This document shows, in pieces, positions 11,110 through 24,002 of a stretch of 64,000 nt of DNA. The stretch spans positions 17,980,001-18,044,000 of the forward strand of contig NC_043024.1 in the NCBI RefSeq assembly GCF_006345805.1. The letters are read 5' to 3'. The notes under the pieces are model-generated. The model did not search any database, was not told the DNA's origin, and was given only the letters and a program-made list of their open reading frames with translations. Positions within the stretch are counted from its first letter, which is position 1, and each line of letters begins with the position of its first letter. The stretch is from Octopus sinensis. Taxonomy: Eukaryota. The position numbers were made by a program, and so were the translations under genes.

Positions 11110-11440
11110 TATAGGTGCAGGTGTGACTGTGTGGGTAACAAACTTCATTCCAAAACACATGGTCCTGGGTTCAGTCCCACTGTGTGGTAACTTGGCATAT
11201 GTCTTCTGCTATAGCCTCAGACCAACCAAAGTCTTGTCAGTGGATTTTGTAGACAGAAACTGAAAGAAATCAATCGTATATATATGTACGTATATATGTA
11301 AGTCTATGTGTGTGTCTTTGTGTTTCTCCTCATCACTGCTTCACAATTGGTGTTCGTTTATTTACAGCCCCATAACTTACTGGTTTCACAAGAAGAAACT
11401 GATAGAATAAGTACCAGGCTTATCAAAATAAAAAAAAACA
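11110..11440 (+). mobile_element. SINE family A
   Basis: GGTGTGACTGTGTGGG..GGTTCAGTCCCACTG..GGATTTTGTAGACAGAAACTGAAAG..GATAGAATAAGTACCAGG. Confidence 0.8.
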
Positions 11441-11608
11441 CTAGGCAGTGTCTCATATTTTTGTTTGCTCACTCAGTTGTATCTATCAATTTATCTTTGT
11501 GTGTGTGTATATATTTATATAATACACACACACACATACACACACACACACACACACACCACACACACACACATATATATATGCTTGTATGTATATGTGC
11601 ACATTCAT

Positions 11609-11760
11609 ATCTATTATATTAAAGTCAATGTCTTTCTGTGTTTGTGTTACTTATACATTCGAAAACTGCTGCACCGATCATAATGAAATTTGGAACACAA
11701 AATACAAGCCTGTTGTGTGTTTCATACGATTTCATGGGCCAAAATTACTTAGTGGATCCT
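11609..11760 (+). mobile_element. Helitron/HINE-like 5' end
   Basis: ATCTATTATATTAAAGTCAATGTCTTTCTGTG..GAAAACTGCTGCACCGATCATAATGAAATTTGG. Confidence 0.5.
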
Positions 11761-13261
11761 TATGATATTTGAAGCTTAGATTCAATGCATAAGGATGGGT
11801 ATAATGCAATATGTTTGCTTTGAATTTCAGATGGTTTAAAGGGAGCAGAACCCCCATGAAAATTCATAAATTTTCAATATTGAAATTCCAACCATGGGTA
11901 ATTGACACACATCAAGAAGTATTCTCAAAGTTTCCATTTCACATGAGGATTCTAAGACACCCTAATGGGGGCCTTAACTCCCAGATTTTAGTAATTTCTT
12001 TTATGATCCAAAACTAGGTCAAAAGTACTGAATGGATCTTTAGAAAATTTGGAAATTATATTCTATGCATAATGGCCATAGCCCCCATGACAATTCATAT
12101 ATTTTTGCTGTTGATGAAATTTTAACTATACATATTAGATACAAATGAATTAATATTTATAAAATTTCATCTTCTTACAAGTTAGAAAGACCCCTTCATG
12201 GGGACTTAACACCCACAATTTAGTCAGTTTATCTAAGCAAAGACGAATACAGTTGTACTCTCGGAAACTGTAGGGTCACCCGAGCATAAAAGATGAGCAT
12301 TATTTGTAATTCAATGGTACAACAATGTAACACTTTGCTTTGACATACACTTACATTGTGATTTCTGCAATGTACTGCATAAATTGTCAAGTAAATGAGA
12401 GGCATCTTTGCTTCCACTGATTCAGTTGCAAAGTGTTGAGTAAAGTTATTTGATTGCAGACCTCATTTCAGTCTTTTTATTATCACTGGGTCACACATAG
12501 TCCCCAGATGGTAACATTGATTTCAAGGCCTTCCCAGATGAGTAACTGGTTATTCAAAGACATTTATAGACTGTAAATTTATTTTGTCCAGTTACGTATC
12601 AGTATAGTGGTCATTTGCAAACTCCAACTTTCATTTCTCCTTAGTGCTCACGTCACACAGTTGTTAATGGTTATTTCAGTTGGGTCACGCCCTTCCAATT
12701 GCTATAGATTCGTAATGCATCTTACAGCTGTGCCTGTCACCTGGATGGTGAGGAATCCTATATTGGGAGTGGTAACAACATGGGTAGGGTAGCTAACTGC
12801 TTATTGTGATCATTCGTCATTTGATTTCCTGTAGCTTTGCTCTCTTTTACAAACCCAGGGAACATATATTTCCTATTTCAAAGAAATTCAAACAATAGAT
12901 ATAGGACCCAAGTTAAAAAGATTCTCAACAATTCAACTTCTCTGCTTGACATTAAGACACCTACCCCCAATAGGAGCCTTAACTCTCACATTTTAGAGCT
13001 CCATGACCTCCATTTTTCAGGAGCAAAATCCTTTTAATAGACTAGAATTTTGGAATATGTGCATAAAAATCAGTAGTATGGGATACATGTGGCACGATTA
13101 CAATTTTGTTTGGGTGTGTAAAGAGGGAAATAACCCTCATCTGCAATTTTAATGAAATTCGAAACATAGGTATTCCAGTTCATTACAAAAAATATAACAG
13201 AAAAGTCTCATTCTTCAATTGCATGTAACAAAGGCAACGCCAGGCAACTCTGCTAGTTACA

Positions 13262-13420
13262 TGACAATTATGATGATGATGATGATGACTATGACAGTTA
13301 TGATGATGAAGATGATGACTATGACAGTTATGATGATGAAGATGATGATGGTCATGACAATTATGATGATGATGACAATGACAACCATGATGATGATGGT
13401 GATGGCAATTATGATGATGA
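13262..13420. repeat. (GAT/GAC)n compound trinucleotide repeat
   Basis: Visible ATGACA/ATGATG array with a 24-bp internal period. Confidence 0.9.
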
Positions 13421-13424
13421 ATTT

Positions 13425-13612
13425 TTGGGGAGGGGGCCATTCAATTAGATCGACCTCAGTACGCAACTGGTACTTAATTTAATGACCCCCAAAAGGATGA
13501 AAGGCAAAGTCGACCTCGGCGGAATTTGAATTCCGAATGTAAAGACAGATGAAATACCACTGAGCATTTCACCCGGCATGCTAACATTTCTGCCAGCTCG
13601 CTGCCTTAAGAG
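13425..13612 (-). mobile_element. SINE family B, near full length
   Basis: Reverse complement head AAGGCAGCGAGCTGGCAGAAATGTTAGCATGCCGGG plus the central domain. Confidence 0.85.
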
Positions 13613-13995
13613 AGACAAATACTGTCAGCACTTTGATGTAGCCATACCAAATGACATGAATGTTGTGAGTAAAGAGGTTGAAAAAATCACCAAGTACTCT
13701 GGATTGAAAGTGGAAATGACAAGACTATATGGAATACGAGAGGGTAATGTAAAAGTGATATCAGTGGTGATTGGAGCATTGGGCTCAATCCCATTGAAAC
13801 TTCAAGACTTCTTAAGGCAACTGGAAATCCCATGCAAGATTGATGCCTAGCAAAAAGCAGCCTTATTGGGCACAGTGTACATCTTAAGGAAAGTATCATC
13901 TGTCTGAGGTCCCTGTTGTAACCTTACAGATGATTAAGACTCTGGTGCATTTTTACCTACACTGTGTTACGAAGGAATAATAATAATAATAATAT
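13612..13995 (+). pseudogene. R4/Dong-like non-LTR retrotransposon, RLE endonuclease C-terminal fragment
   Basis: DVAIPNDMNVVSKEVEKITKYSGLKVEMTRLY..VISVVIGALGSIP..*QKAALLGTVYILRKV. It has a premature TAG at 13848-13850, and the 3' end runs into (TAA)n. Confidence 0.85.
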
Positions 13996-14387
13996 ATGTA
14001 GATATATATATATGTATTGTTCAAAACAGTTTGATTTGAAGGGACTTGGAAAATTTAAGTAGCATAGAATCTGACTCAAACTGTTGTGTGTATATATGTG
14101 TGTGTATATATATATATATTTATGTGTGTATAAACTTAGCATTTCAGCAAAGGGAGAGCAATTGAATATGTCCTTAGGTTGATTCACACAGCTAAAAGTT
14201 CTTGGAAGCAGTGTCCCAGCAAGGCCGCAGACTGAAACAGGGAGAAGATGAAACTAAAAGACACATGCACACATACATACATAGATATCTTAATATGTAT
14301 GTGTGTGTGTGTGCGTGTGACTGCGTGTGTACCATTGTCGATTTTTTTTCCTCCGTCTTCCCTTCTTTGGATCTTTCCTTTTCCTAT

Positions 14388-14422
14388 GTTTCTGACAAAG
14401 AGCTCCGCTCGAAACGTTAAAC
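14388..14422 (+). ncRNA. Minimal hammerhead-like motif, G8A variant
   Basis: GTTT CTGACAA A GAGC TCC GCTC GAAAC GTT AAAC. Confidence 0.5.
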
Positions 14423-14524
14423 CCTCCTTCGTTTCTTCTTTCCTGGGCCTCCAATAACACTATATTTGTTCCATGTCCTCGCGTTGTTGTGTTTTCTCTT
14501 TGTGTTTTCATGTTTGGATAAACT

Positions 14525-14526
14525 TC

Positions 14527-14568
<42 letters not shown>

Positions 14569-14688
14569 TATATACATATATATATATGTATATATATATA
14601 TACATATATACATACATATATATATAGTATATATATGTATGTATATATATTATATACATATATACATACATATATATATATGTATATA

Positions 14689-14750
<62 letters not shown>

Positions 14751-14914
14751 CATATGCGATGGGCTTTTTTTCAGTTTCTGTCTACCAAATCCACTCACAA
14801 GGCTTTGGTCGGCCTGACGCTATAGTAGGCGACACTTGCCCAAGGTGCCATGCTGTTGGGCTGAACCCAAAGCTACGTGGTTGGTAAGCAAGCTACTTGC
14901 CACACAGCCACTCC

Positions 14915-14968
<54 letters not shown>

Positions 14969-15173
14969 TATATACATATATATATATATACATAATATAT
15001 ATATATATATATTATACATATATACATATATATATTATATATATACATATATTATATATACATATATATATATACAATATATACATACATATATATACAT
15101 ATAATATATATATATACATATATATATATACATATATATATACATATATATATATACATATATATATATATAG

Positions 15174-15204
<31 letters not shown>

Positions 15205-15226
15205 ATATATATACATATATATATAC

Positions 15227-15263
<37 letters not shown>

Positions 15264-15301
15264 CATATATATATATACATATATATTACATATATATATA
15301 C

Positions 15302-15332
<31 letters not shown>

Positions 15333-15477
15333 ATATATATATACATATATATATATATATAGATATATATATATATATATAGATATATATATATATACAT
15401 ATATATACATATGTATATATATACGTATGTATATATATACGTATGTATATATATACGTATGTATATATATACGTATG

Positions 15478-15519
<42 letters not shown>

Positions 15520-15527
15520 TAATATAC

Positions 15528-15560
<33 letters not shown>

Positions 15561-15683
15561 CATATAATATATATACATATATATATATACATATAATATA
15601 TACATATATATATATACATATATATATATACATATATATAATACATATATATAATATATACAATATATATAATATATATATAC

Positions 15684-15732
<49 letters not shown>

Positions 15733-15770
15733 CACACACACACATACATAAATATGAATAGATAAATGTG
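14525..15770. repeat. ~1.25-kb compound (AT)n/(ATAC)n microsatellite interrupted by a SINE A head at ~14755-14918
   Basis: Seen directly in the sequence. Confidence 0.95.
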
Positions 15771-16789
15771 TATACACACACTTAAGTGTGTGTATGTGTG
15801 TGTTAAGTTTGAAAACACACTTAAGATCTTGTGTCCTATACTTGCTCCATTGATCTTTCATCAGCACACATGCACACACACGCACACACAATAAACGAGA
15901 GATGTGAAGAGGGAATGTCAGGTAAATGGTTTGGGGAAAGAAATGAGAGGGAAAAGAGAAGAAAAAGATTGCGCATTTCTATGTAAATGGCTGATACGAA
16001 TGTCTTGTGTTCATTCTCATCACTAATGACGGAGTATTATCTCTTGAGCTTAATTAACTAGTAATTAATTAGTGGTGTAGCCATTATCTTCTTGGATAGA
16101 TCCTCCAATATAATTAAATTTCTTTAGCTCCTCAATAAGCCAGGCCCGTCTACTTGGCTGCTTGTCTTGCAAGAAATAGCAGCCAGGTGTTCATTAAATT
16201 ATACACTGTGCTGTTGTACTCTTTTACGTGTTTCAGTCATTAGATTGCGGCCATGCTGGGGCACCACTTTGAAGAGTTTAGTAAGACAGATTGAATTGGT
16301 CCCGTTACTTTCTCCTTTTCAGTATGGTTCTAATTTTATCTGTTTCTTTTACCAAACTGCTAAGTTATGTGGATATAAACAAACTATCACTGGTTGTCAG
16401 GCAGTGAGAGGATACAAACACAATGCAATGGCAAAAACATATGATGGGCTTCCTCACAGTTTCCATCTAACAAGTTCATTCACAAGGCTTTGGTTAGCCC
16501 TGAGTTTTAGTAGAAGACACATGATCAAGTTATATACTTGTAACTTAGTGGTTCATCAAAAGAGACTGATAGAATAAGTACCAGACTTTAGAATAAAAGC
16601 CCTGCAGTTGATTTTTTGATTAAACTCTTAAAGACAGTGCCCCAGCATGGCCACGGTCCAAGTTTTACTGAACCAAGTTTTACTGGGAGATAAAAAGTAT
16701 TAATCCAGATTAAAGACTTGGCAGAACTTCTATAAGGTTAAGACAAGAAGTCTTGTAGGATCTATCCCAGTTCTTTGACTATGGTAACA

Positions 16790-17000
16790 CCAGTGCCAAC
16801 TTCTGACAACCCCAGTCATGGTATCACACAAACGACACCCATTCCGGTGGCATGTAAAAGCACATATTACAGTCAGAGTGGTTGGCATTAGGAAAGGCAT
16901 CCAGCTATAGAAACCATGCTAAATCAGACTGGAGTATGGTGCAGCCTTCCAGCTTGCCATCCCTGGTCAAACCATCCAATCCATGCCAGTATGGACAACA
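16790..17000 (+). mobile_element. RTE 3' UTR/tail fragment
   Basis: GGTGGCATGTAAAAGCAC..GGCATTAGGAAAGGCATCCAGCTATAGAAACC..CCATCCAATCCATGCCAG. Confidence 0.8.
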
Positions 17001-17002
17001 GA

Positions 17003-17235
17003 GGGCGGCAAACTGGCAGAATTGTTAGCACGCTGGGCAAAATGCTTAGCAGGATTTTGCCTGCCATTAGGTTCTGAGTTCAAATTCTGCCGAGGTTGAC
17101 CTTGCCTTTCATCCTTTCAGGGTCGATTAAATAAGTACCAGTTACACACTGGGATCGATGTAATTGACTTAATCTCTTTGTCTGTCCTTGTTTGTCCCCT
17201 CTTTGTTTAGCCCCCTGTGGGCAATGAAGAAATAA
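17003..17235 (+). mobile_element. SINE family B, full length
   Basis: GGCGGCAAACTGGCAGAATTGTTAGCACGCTGGG..GAGTTCAAATTCTGCCGAGGTTGACC..AGCCCCCTGTGGGC; ~85% similar by eye to 40242-40476. Confidence 0.85.
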
Positions 17236-17359
17236 GTATGGACAACAGATAGTGAATGATGATGATGATGTTGATAAATATTTGCATCAGATAAAAGAGA
17301 GAGGCTTGTAAGTATGGGCATCTTCCAGTCTTCTGTAAAAGATGTTGCTCAGGCTATCA

Positions 17360-17740
17360 CACATGTGACACTCTGTTGGTAACAACAACGAGGGTTCCAG
17401 TTGATCTGATCAATGGAACAGCCTGCTCGTGAAATTAACGTGCAAGTGGCTGAGCATTCCACTGACATGTGTACCCTTAATGTAGTTTTCGGGGGAGATT
17501 CAGCATGATACAGTGTATGAAAGGCTGGCTCTTTGAAATACAGGGACAAGAGAACCAGGAAGAAAAAGTGAGAGAAAGTTGTGGTGAAAGAGTACAGCGG
17601 GGTTCCACCACCCCCTGCCAGAGCCTTTTGGTGTTTTCACTCAATAAACACTCACAATGCCTGGTGTGGGAATCGAAACTGCAATCTTATGACCACAAGT
17701 CCACTGCCCTAACCACTGGGCCATTGCGCCTCCACTACAC
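17360..17740 (-). mobile_element. SINE family C with long tail
   Basis: Reverse complement matches 39415-39790 (CCTGTATTTCAAAGGGCCAGCC..GAACTACGTTAAGGGTACAC). Confidence 0.75.
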
Positions 17741-17799
17741 ACATGTACAGCTACACAGTCATGCTAAGCTAACAGAAGCCCTCTATACAAGCATGAGTA

Positions 17800-18017
17800 T
17801 GAGGGGAGTGCTGAAAAGTATCTTGCTTTAAGGGTATCATGAATGGCCTGGTTGGAGGCCCAACCTTCTGAGTCCTTGCACAGGGTTTTCAAAATCTGAA
17901 GGACCACTGCAATAAGTATGTGAATCTAAGAAGGTAATATGTTGAATATAATCATAATTAACTGATGCTGCTGTATTTTCTTTTATCCAAAGTCAGGAAG
18001 TTTATTAGCACCCCATC
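17800..18017 (+). mobile_element. mariner-derived MITE, copy 1
   Basis: TA-(C/T)GAGGGGAGTGCTGAAAAG 5' TIR and ..AGTTTATTAGCACCCC 3' TIR. It carries a remnant of the mariner C-terminus (GFQNLKDHCNKYVNLRR*YVE). Confidence 0.75.
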
Positions 18018-18024
18018 AAATATA

Positions 18025-18061
<37 letters not shown>

Positions 18062-18064
18062 TAC

Positions 18065-18327
18065 GTTATATAATTAGGGTTCAGTAAAATAATTTACTTT
18101 ACCACACACCGAACTTTTAGAAATAGCAGCCAAAAAATTCTTTTAGCTATTTCCTCTACTATAAGAAAAGTCTCCCAAACAATGTATACTCAAAAATAAT
18201 TTTTGAGTATACATTGTCTGGGAGACTTTTCTTATAGTAGAAGAAATAGCTAAACTTTTTGGCTGCTATTTCTAAAAGTTCGGTGTGTGGTAAAGTAAAT
18301 TATTTTACTGAACCCTAATTATATAAC
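18065..18327. repeat. Long palindrome with ~130-bp arms and 1-nt loop
   Basis: Centre CAAAAAT-A-ATTTTTG at 18191-18205; 2 substitutions and one ~4-nt indel between arms. Confidence 0.95.
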
Positions 18328-18423
18328 ATAATGTTTTAAATATACCGTAAATGGTCTTTTTACATACTGAACACTACTTGGTAAAATTAATTAATAATTA
18401 ATTAATTTTACCCTTTTATTATT

Positions 18424-18468
<45 letters not shown>

Positions 18469-18494
18469 GGTTTGGAGATGATGTCCAGGTATTA

Positions 18495-18760
18495 TATATT
18501 AGAAGAAATGAGGTACTCAGAAATGTGGATGGTTTTATATTTACAGATATTTATTAGTATGTTACATGTTTTTATATATCATATGTCATATATTTGTGCT
18601 TTCGTCCACTCTAGTGGAGTTATCCAATTGGATAACTCCACTAGAGTGGACGAAAGCACTAATATATGACATATGATATATAAAAACATGTAACATACTA
18701 ATAAATATCTGTAAATATAAAACCATCCACATTTCTGAGTACCTCATTTCTTCTAATATA
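18495..18760. repeat. Spacer-less palindrome with 133-bp arms
   Basis: Centre TATCCAA|TTGGATA at 18627/18628; a single mismatch between arms. Confidence 0.95.
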
Positions 18761-18778
18761 CACACACACACACACACA

Positions 18779-18992
18779 TGAGGGATGCTGTAAAGATACT
18801 GGCCTTAACGGAGTCACGAAATGCCTGGTTGGAGGCTCAACCTTCCAAGTTCTTGTACTGGGCTTAGAAAAACTGAAGGACCGTTGCAATAAGTATGTGG
18901 ATCTAAGAAGGGAATATGTTGAATAAAATCATAATTAACTGATCCTCCTGTATTTTCTTTTATCCAAAGCCAGGAACTTTTAAGCACCCTTT
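18779..18992 (+). mobile_element. mariner-derived MITE, copy 2
   Basis: Homologous to 17800-18017; ends CCAGGAACTTTTAAGCACCC. Confidence 0.75.
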
Positions 18993-19122
18993 CTGATGCA
19001 AATATTTATCAACACACACACATATATATATATATATACAGACACCAACACACACACACACACACTTACATACATACACAGGTAATCATGTGTATGTGTG
19101 TGAGAGTATGTGTATGTATATA

Positions 19123-19263
19123 CAAGGGGTTGCTGAGAAGTTCCTGGCTTTAAGGCTATTGCAAAATTTCTGGTTGGAGGCCCAACCTTCTAAGTTCTTG
19201 TACAGGGTTTTAAAAAAAATTAAGGGTCCCTGCAATGAGTGTGTGAATGTGAGAAGGTAATAT
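19123..19263 (+). mobile_element. mariner-derived MITE, copy 3 (3'-truncated)
   Basis: TA-CAAGGGGTTGCTGAGAAGTTCCTGGCTTTAAGG..GGTTGGAGGCCCAACCTTC. Confidence 0.7.
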
Positions 19264-19269
19264 TTTTTC

Positions 19270-19675
19270 TTTTTTCTTTTATTTGTTTCAGTCATTTGAC
19301 TGTGGCCATGCTGGAGCACCTCCTTTAGTCGAGCAAATCAACCCCAGGACTTATTCTTTGTAAGCCCAGTACTTATTCTATCGGTCTCTCTTGCCGAACT
19401 GCTAAGTGACAGGAACGCAAACACACCAGCATCGGTTGTCAAGCAATATTGGGGGGGGGGACAAACACAGACACACAAACATATACATACATATATATGT
19501 GTGTGTGTTACGACGGGCTTCTTTCAGTTTCCGTCTACCAAATCCACTCACAAGGCTTTGGTCGGCCCAAGGCTATAGTAGAAGACTCTTGCTCAAGGTG
19601 CCATGCAGTAGGACTGAACCCAGGACTATGTGGTTGATAAGCAAGCTACTTACCACACAGCCACTCCTGCACCTA
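19270..19675 (-). mobile_element. SINE family A, full length
   Basis: Near-collinear with the reverse complement of 34703-35073. Confidence 0.9.
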
Positions 19676-20388
19676 TATTGTCTACATTAACCCCAGTACT
19701 TGATCCCTGAAGGATAATAAGTAAATTTGACTTAGGTGCTATTTGAACTCAGCATGTAAAGAATTGAAGGAAATACTGCAAAACATTTCTTCCAATGAGC
19801 TACCAATTCTGCCGGCTTGATACTAGTTGTACAGTTGGACAGATCTTTATTTTACCATTTCATCTTTAAAGAACCATAAAAAACTGTTTGTTCTGCTACA
19901 ATTGCGACATTGCAATGAAATATCACCAACAAAATAATACTAGCTGGTTCTTTATATCACACACGAGGGGCAACAATACAGGGTACAGAGTAAATAGAAA
20001 TGGCAGAAAAAAACAAAAAAAATACATTAATGATAATAATAACAATAATAATAACAACAACAACAAAAACAACAACAGTGGTAGTAGTAGTAGTACTCGT
20101 AGTAGTAGTAGTAGTACTCGTAGTAGTAGTAGTAGAAATAAGACTACTGAATAATGATAATAATGATGACGATGTTAATAATAATAATAATCGTTTTTTT
20201 ATTGTGTTTTTACGGTGTACGGTCATTACAGTATGCATGGTTAAAGCTGACATCGGTAGATACAAGCATTAACAGATGTTGATGGCGTTATATATATGTA
20301 TATATATGAATTATATTAGTTACTAACAAAAGATAAAAGTATTTTATATTTATATATATATTATATATATATATGTGTGTGTGTGTGT

Positions 20389-20422
<34 letters not shown>

Positions 20423-20435
20423 GTTTGTATATATA

Positions 20436-20514
<79 letters not shown>

Positions 20515-20600
20515 TATACATATATACATATATATAAATATATACATATGTGTGTATATATATATTATCTTCATTGTTATCAAACATATGTGTGTGTGTC

Positions 20601-20654
<54 letters not shown>

Positions 20655-20707
20655 TATATGTTTAATGACAATGAAGATAATGGTAATGATATGTATGTAT
20701 CTATATT

Positions 20708-20748
<41 letters not shown>

Positions 20749-22188
20749 GTGTGTGTGTGTGCGTTGTATGCTGATGTAGATGTGAATGAATGAGATGAGC
20801 ACTCGCACACACTGACTCTCAGTGTAATTTTTCTGATGAACAAGAACGCAAACAAACAAACAAACAAGTAAGAAAGCTCAACTGCTCCACCCTTCCTCTC
20901 ACCCACCACCACCACCATCCGACCAATGGTTCAAAAACCTATGATTTAATAATATAGATAGTCCGTCCATTAGCAATTAATCTTCTTCAGAATATATATA
21001 AAAAACCTGATGTAGTCATGAATGAATGAGAGATGAATGAATGAATGAATGAATGAATGAATGAATGAATGAATGAATGAATGAATGAGAGTCAGTGAGG
21101 GTAGAGGGAGTGGGTAGAGGGGAGTTATTGTTATTTGTTTGTTGTGGTTTTTGTAGTGTTTTATCCAAAGATTAATGGAAAAGAAAGGGATTTAGTCTCC
21201 TCAACTCAGATTTTCTTCCATGCTTTTGTTTGTTTCTTTTCTTTCTTTATTTATTATTTTGTTTTGTGTTTTTTGTTTTTGCTTTTTTTTTTCTTAATGT
21301 CTCTAATGGTGCAGAATCTAGAATCCAGCTCTAATGAGCCACTTAATCACCACCCTGCAACCCTTTTAACTCTGACTGACCCCCAACAAGGTGTATGTAT
21401 GCATGTACGTATGCATTTATGTATACATGTATGCATGTATGTATACATGTATGCTTGTATGTATGCATATATGTATGTATATATGTTTTCATGTATGTTT
21501 GTATATGTATATGTATGTATGTATGTATGTATATATGTATGCATGTATGTATATTTGTATGTATGCATGCATGTGTGTATGTATGTATGGATTGATGTAT
21601 GTATGTATGTATGTTCTTGAGAGAGTTCAAGCTGGTCGCTAACAAAGTGACAAGACTTTTTGAGTGAAGAGAGTTCCTGGTGTTTGTAAATGTGTGGGTC
21701 GGTTGAGCTGTCGATGCATACACCCAAGTATACATCCATTCATATAAGAATCTCAGATACAGAATTTTTAGAATGTCTTACAAATCTTCCCTGTTCCACT
21801 ATGTATGTTTGTGTGTGTGTGTGTGTGTGTGTGAGTATGTGTGTTTGTGTGGACAAGTGTCTTCTATTATAGCTTTGGCCTGACCAGAGCCTTGTGAGTG
21901 GATTTGGTAGATGGAAACTAAAAGAAGCTCATGCAGAATATAAACAAATTGAATACACACGTGCAAAAAAAATGTGCTTAATTAAACTAGGAACCCCACA
22001 CCTAAATAATGCTCACCCCACCCTAATTACCCAACAAAACTAACCAATCTACAACAATCAAATCTCAACCCAGCAAATTTAACAGCGCAAGAACAAAATT
22101 TAATGTAAGACTTACTACCTCTGTTTATATTACCATCACATGTGTATCAATTATTTTTGCATCATAAACGATGCATCTATCTGTATTT

Positions 22189-22239
22189 GCATTCTGAAGA
22201 GATGTACTTAAACCAGTAAATCGAAATGATCATAAGTGC
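22189..22239 (+). ncRNA. Type I hammerhead ribozyme with intact core
   Basis: GCATT CTGAAGA GATGTACT TAAACC AGTAAATC GAAA TGATCA TA AGTGC. Helix III is the palindrome ATGATCAT; predicted cleavage after A22234. Confidence 0.65.
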
Positions 22240-22389
22240 TACCGTCACCTCAGCTTCCTTCTTCTTTGTTATCTAATTAAATTAAAGGCATACCAGCGAA
22301 AACCACAAGTTTCCCCTTGTTGTTACATCCATTTTCTTATATATATATATGTATATGTATATATGTATATATATATATATATGTATATG

Positions 22390-22429
<40 letters not shown>

Positions 22430-23199
22430 GAAGGTGGTTATACACATTGTAAGATGAAAGAATAAAAATTCAATTGTGACTAATTGTGACTGATGGTGCA
22501 GGGTAGCACCTACATTGCTGGAAATAAGAGTTTAAAACCCTTAACTGGATATATGTATATATATATAATTATATATATATATGTGTGTGTATATTGTTGG
22601 TCTGTTGATGTCCCTGCAACTTTGCAGTTTGGCAAATGAGACTGATAGAATAAGTACCAGGTTTTATAAACTAATAGTAAGTGCTGGGCTCGACTGGTTT
22701 GACTGAAAAAAATTCTTCAAGGCGATGCCCCAGCATGGCCACAGTCTAATGACTGAAACAAGTAAAAGATAGAAGATACATAAAGATAATAATTCAGAAA
22801 ACAAATTGGTGGTGGTGATTTTGGCGATGGCGGCAGTGGTGATGGCGGCGGTGGTCATGACAGTGGTGGTGGTGGTGGTGGTGGTAGTAGCAGCGCTACT
22901 GTAATTATGAATGTATTAAGTGCAACGAATTTCAATGTAAAATGATATTGGACATTACAATTACCAATTCTAAGTGAGGAAATAGCTGGAGGCTCATCTC
23001 TAGCACATTCCTCACTCTCTCTAAAATTCCTATTTAGAATGTCAGACGTATTAGAAGAGTAGATAAATACCTTGCAGTAATTATCACAGCTCTGTGTATT
23101 GAGCAAGATCAAATCCCAGCAAGGTCAAATGTGTCTTTCATCCTTCTGGGGTTGAGATTTATATGAAGTGCTTCACAAGTGGTAGTGGGGTCATCTTTC

Positions 23200-23751
23200 T
23201 ATTTTTATCTAGTCTATCTATCTATCTACCTATCTATCTATCTATCTATCTATCTATCTGTCTGTCTGTCTACATTTGGGGTCATCTTTCTATTTTTATC
23301 TAGTCTATCTATCTATCTGCCTATCTATCTATCTGCCTATCTATCTATCTATCTATCTATCTATCTGTCTGTCTGTCTACATTTCTATCTATCTATCTGT
23401 CTGTCTGTCTGTGTATCTATCTATCTACCTACCTATTTATCAACTTTTCCATCTACCTATTTATCTATCTATCTATCCATCTGTCTGTTTATCAAACAAT
23501 TTATCTCTTTTGCTCTCTCTCACTTCCAACTCTGTCAATCATTTTTCCTATCTATCTAACTCTTTCACTTACTGTCTCTCTATCAATCTGTCTATCTTTC
23601 ATCCTATCTATCTGTTTTGCCATCCATCTATCTAGTCATCCCTCTGTCTCTCTTTCTTTCCTTTTTTCTTTATGAATTTATCTGTATATCCTATTTTTTA
23701 TCTATCAATATACCTTTTTTTACTCTTTTTCTCTCTCTCCTATCTATCTGA

Positions 23752-23829
<78 letters not shown>

Positions 23830-23953
23830 TTACCAATCTATCTTATTTCTCTACCTATCTATTTATCTATCTATCTACCTACCTGCCTACCTATCTATCT
23901 GTCCGCCTATTTTTCTATTTATTTATCTAACTAGCTCTCTTCCTTTTGATTTG

Positions 23954-24002
<49 letters not shown>

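Noticed and set aside
12200-12800. Possible decayed minus-strand ORF in a GC-balanced island
   Set aside because: About 6 stops in 95 codons is close to random, and there is no recognisable motif.
13183-13482. His-rich and Met/Thr-rich ORFs
   Set aside because: Translations of the (GAT/GAC)n repeat.
15012-15891. Long ORFs of 174-268 aa (YI/IY-rich), and the similar ORFs throughout the window
   Set aside because: They are translations of (AT)n/(AC)n microsatellites, which lack stop codons by composition.
20833-20860. CTGATGA as a hammerhead core
   Set aside because: There is no helix II and no GAAA downstream.
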